20,000 nucleotides of DNA from an uncultured virus (IMG/VR IMGVR_UViG_2030936005_000022) (Duplodnaviria > Heunggongvirae > Uroviricota > Caudoviricetes): the IMG/VR virus record IMGVR_UViG_2030936005_000022, positions 116,838 to 136,837 of that record. One strand, written 5' to 3'. Positions 17,899 to 20,000 of this stretch are shown in pieces; the first letter of the stretch is position 1; the number at the start of each line of letters is the position of its first letter. The notes under the pieces are model-generated. The model was not told the DNA's origin and searched no databases. It saw only the letters and a list, made by a program, of their open reading frames with translations. A program made the translations under genes and the position numbers.

Positions 17899-18430
17899 AA
17901 ATCTTCTCCAAATCAGCAAGAAATACATCTACATCAAACCATAAATTCTGATGGAAGGTTCCCAATATCCCAGCATTATGCATAGCGGATACAACGTACT
18001 GACAATGTACAACCTCTGGTTTCGCTACGAATTGCAACTGCTCATACATAGCCTCATCCATCTCTTCTGTACTAAGGATATCATGAACTGAAAAGGTATT
18101 GCAAGAACTTTCGTACAAAAAATCCATCGTGTTTTCAATGTTTACACTACAATACGTACAATTCTGTACATCTCTGTAATTAGCAAAATTCGTATCGTCT
18201 GTTGTACTAATCAATGTGTATGTATTCAAAAGATTCTTTTTGTTATAATACAACATGTGCTCAAGGTCACCATCTAAATGTAAACTCATCTCGATTTTTA
18301 TTGTACCACATGAACTAAAATATGTACCCTTACCATCGTAATTTACAATAAATGCTTTGTACTTCTCTAACCATTCAAAGCACTTTAGGATTTTATTTGT
18401 GTAATTTGTTGTGTACTCAAATGTGTACAT
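17843..18430 (-). CDS. Array paralog, YxQL subfamily
   Basis: Motif DEAMYEQLQFVAK; AGGAGG RBS. Confidence 0.8.
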   Translation of the reverse strand: MYTFEYTTNYTNKILKCFEWLEKYKAFIVNYDGKGTYFSSCGTIKIEMSLHLDGDLEHMLYYNKKNLLNTYTLISTTDDTNFANYRDVQNCTYCSVNIENTMDFLYESSCNTFSVHDILSTEEMDEAMYEQLQFVAKPEVVHCQYVVSAMHNAGILGTFHQNLWFDVDVFLADLEKIYDRETRVRTGDGSLKDII

Positions 18431-18963
18431 AGCACCTCCTGGAACAACGTAATTAACTCTCTTGGACTGTGTACTAAATTCTCATAATACACCAACTGCC
18501 TCTCTTGACTATCCAAAATACTCATGAGAATAATACAATTCACTACATCTTTAGTGTGTACAAATTCTAATTGATCATACATCTCTTGGGTTATCTCTGT
18601 ACTTTTAAGATACTGATAACATGATAACTCTCTGTGCATTATACCTATGTCAAATGTTGTATTGCACTTCTGATGGAAATTGTAAAAACGATATCCACCT
18701 TCTCCATTGTCAACCCAACTGCCATCAGTAGGATCTAAATTGTAAAAACCAATAGTACAAATTTCGTACTGGTCTTTACTTAAACGCCATGCATTACCCT
18801 CAACGCCATGTACTAAATTCCGTAACTCAAAACCATTTGTTAAACCAATAGGCTTACCCCAGCACGAATATGTTCTAGTACTGTAAACTAAATCCATCAA
18901 TTCAATTATATCTTGTGCATATTGCTTTACTTCTTCAAATGTCTCTAACTCAATTAGTTTCAT
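18385..18963 (-). CDS. Array paralog, YxQL subfamily
   Basis: Motif TQEMYDQLEFVHT. Confidence 0.8.
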   Translation of the reverse strand: MKLIELETFEEVKQYAQDIIELMDLVYSTRTYSCWGKPIGLTNGFELRNLVHGVEGNAWRLSKDQYEICTIGFYNLDPTDGSWVDNGEGGYRFYNFHQKCNTTFDIGIMHRELSCYQYLKSTEITQEMYDQLEFVHTKDVVNCIILMSILDSQERQLVYYENLVHSPRELITLFQEVLCTHLSTQQITQIKS

Positions 18964-19477
18964 ATAAAGCTAATCCTTCATCAATATTAATATATTCTAA
19001 ATTGACTTTAAATGGCGTAGTACATACCTTCATCAACTCCAAATATAATTCTAATGTATCATATGCATGATTTGGTAGTACTAAACTCTGCTGGAATAAT
19101 ACGTCCTCAGTATAAATGCTAGGATCTTTAATTGTAAATTTCGTTTCATCTGTAAAACCTGATATACTTGTAATGTACTCATCTTTTCCACCAGTAGGAG
19201 AGAAACAAATAATATCTGTCTTTTCAGTCATCCATCTCTCTTGTGAACAAGTATTCCAATAATCACCTGCACAAATAACAAATGCATGATCTTGCATATG
19301 ACATGATACATTAAGACCATCAGGTGTATCGTACTCATCATGTGCATCATCAAACAATTCTGAACTATGTCTGTATCCATAATGATCCATGTAAGTACTA
19401 GGATCAGCTAGAAAGTACTTCACTAATTTTGCTAACTTCCTAGCTAAGATGGTAGTTTCTGATTCCGTATTTTTCAT
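18950..19477 (-). CDS. Array paralog (FQxS family)
   Basis: Motif TEDVLFQQSLVLP. Confidence 0.8.
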   Translation of the reverse strand: MKNTESETTILARKLAKLVKYFLADPSTYMDHYGYRHSSELFDDAHDEYDTPDGLNVSCHMQDHAFVICAGDYWNTCSQERWMTEKTDIICFSPTGGKDEYITSISGFTDETKFTIKDPSIYTEDVLFQQSLVLPNHAYDTLELYLELMKVCTTPFKVNLEYINIDEGLALYETN

Positions 19478-20000
19478 CTAATACCTCATATAATTCTTCT
19501 ATCTTAGGACTGAACCACACCCTAAAAGATGTATCGTATTCTTTAAAGTACTGTACAAATTGTACTACATTTAAAATAGTATCGCTATACACAGTACTGA
19601 ATTGGAATTCTTCATCTTCATTGAGTAGGTTGTGTTGTAATGTACTAACTGTCTGACCTTCACCATCAACCTCAATATCTACTTCATCTGCCCTCTTATG
19701 ATTGATGTAGATAAAATCAGTATAGTAATCATCATTGTAAAAAGTTGGTGGTGCACTAACTCTTTCATGTGTATTCTCTAGACAGAACATGTATTGATCT
19801 TTCTGTATCTCAAGTTCATTAGTACTAACAAGATACATCTCTTGATTGTTCTCATGAACATGCATAGAAAAGTCTTTGTTAATGTAATAAATTTCATAAT
19901 GCTGATAGATAGATATGCATTTCATCTTGTGCTTATCTTGCATAAAACTCTTCATGAAAGCAATTACATTTTCTACCTTAAGACATAACTCTTTGTTAGT
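19440..20000 (-). CDS. Array paralog (FQxS family), 5'-partial
   Basis: Motif NEDEEFQFSTVYS. The frame stays open to the window edge (TNKELCLKVENVIAF precedes MKSFM), so the start probably lies beyond 20000. Confidence 0.8.
   Translation of the reverse strand, partial: TNKELCLKVENVIAFMKSFMQDKHKMKCISIYQHYEIYYINKDFSMHVHENNQEMYLVSTNELEIQKDQYMFCLENTHERVSAPPTFYNDDYYTDFIYINHKRADEVDIEVDGEGQTVSTLQHNLLNEDEEFQFSTVYSDTILNVVQFVQYFKEYDTSFRVWFSPKIEELYEVLDEKYGIRNYHLS

Noticed and set aside
14664..18552. General restriction-site (palindrome) avoidance as the cause of AGTACT loss
   Set aside because: Other 6-bp palindromes persist here (GAATTC at 17386, several TGTACA and GATATC), and the depletion is a strand-asymmetric 3-mer, which dsDNA palindrome avoidance cannot produce.
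358..19826. CRISPR array or regular tandem repeat built on AGTACT
   Set aside because: Copies are only 6 bp, irregularly spaced, inside coding sequence and without conserved flanks.
1113..19988. All + strand ORFs in the track (e.g. 1113..1466, 2184..2393, 17282..17596) and the nested minus ORFs 8165..8389 and 8798..8998
   Set aside because: They are short and lie almost wholly within longer, RBS-supported minus-strand genes; they look like shadow ORFs.
6632..20000. Diversity-generating retroelement or integron-like cassette origin for the array
   Set aside because: No reverse transcriptase or integrase in the window, no template/variable repeat pair, and no intergenic attC-like sites because the genes overlap.

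Overview
AT-rich, gene-dense segment with essentially all genes on the minus strand, most consistent with a large lytic (probably jumbo) bacteriophage; this assignment is inference from gene content and density. Left part: a frameshifted HIGH-motif cytidylyltransferase-like gene, a phage Dam-family N6-adenine methyltransferase, a MORN-variant repeat protein, a ~620-bp non-coding region dense in stem-loops (candidate large ncRNA or origin) and several hypotheticals with sigma70-type promoters and intrinsic terminators. From 6.6 kb to the window end runs a tandem array of about 21-22 highly diverged 145-230 aa ORFs, most sharing an acidic E-x-x-[LFI]-F-Q-x-S-[LT]-[VI] motif, interrupted by one ADP-ribosyltransferase-like gene. 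Two DNA-level signals stand out. First, AGTACT is strongly over-represented (about 50 copies by manual count). Second, a ~3.9-kb zone (14664-18552), starting next to a GC-rich hairpin island at 14811-14905, has no AGT and almost no AGA on the + strand in any frame, while the complementary ACT/TCT stay common. This points to an undescribed polar DNA signal system, possibly at a genome end, packaging site or origin. All counts are manual.
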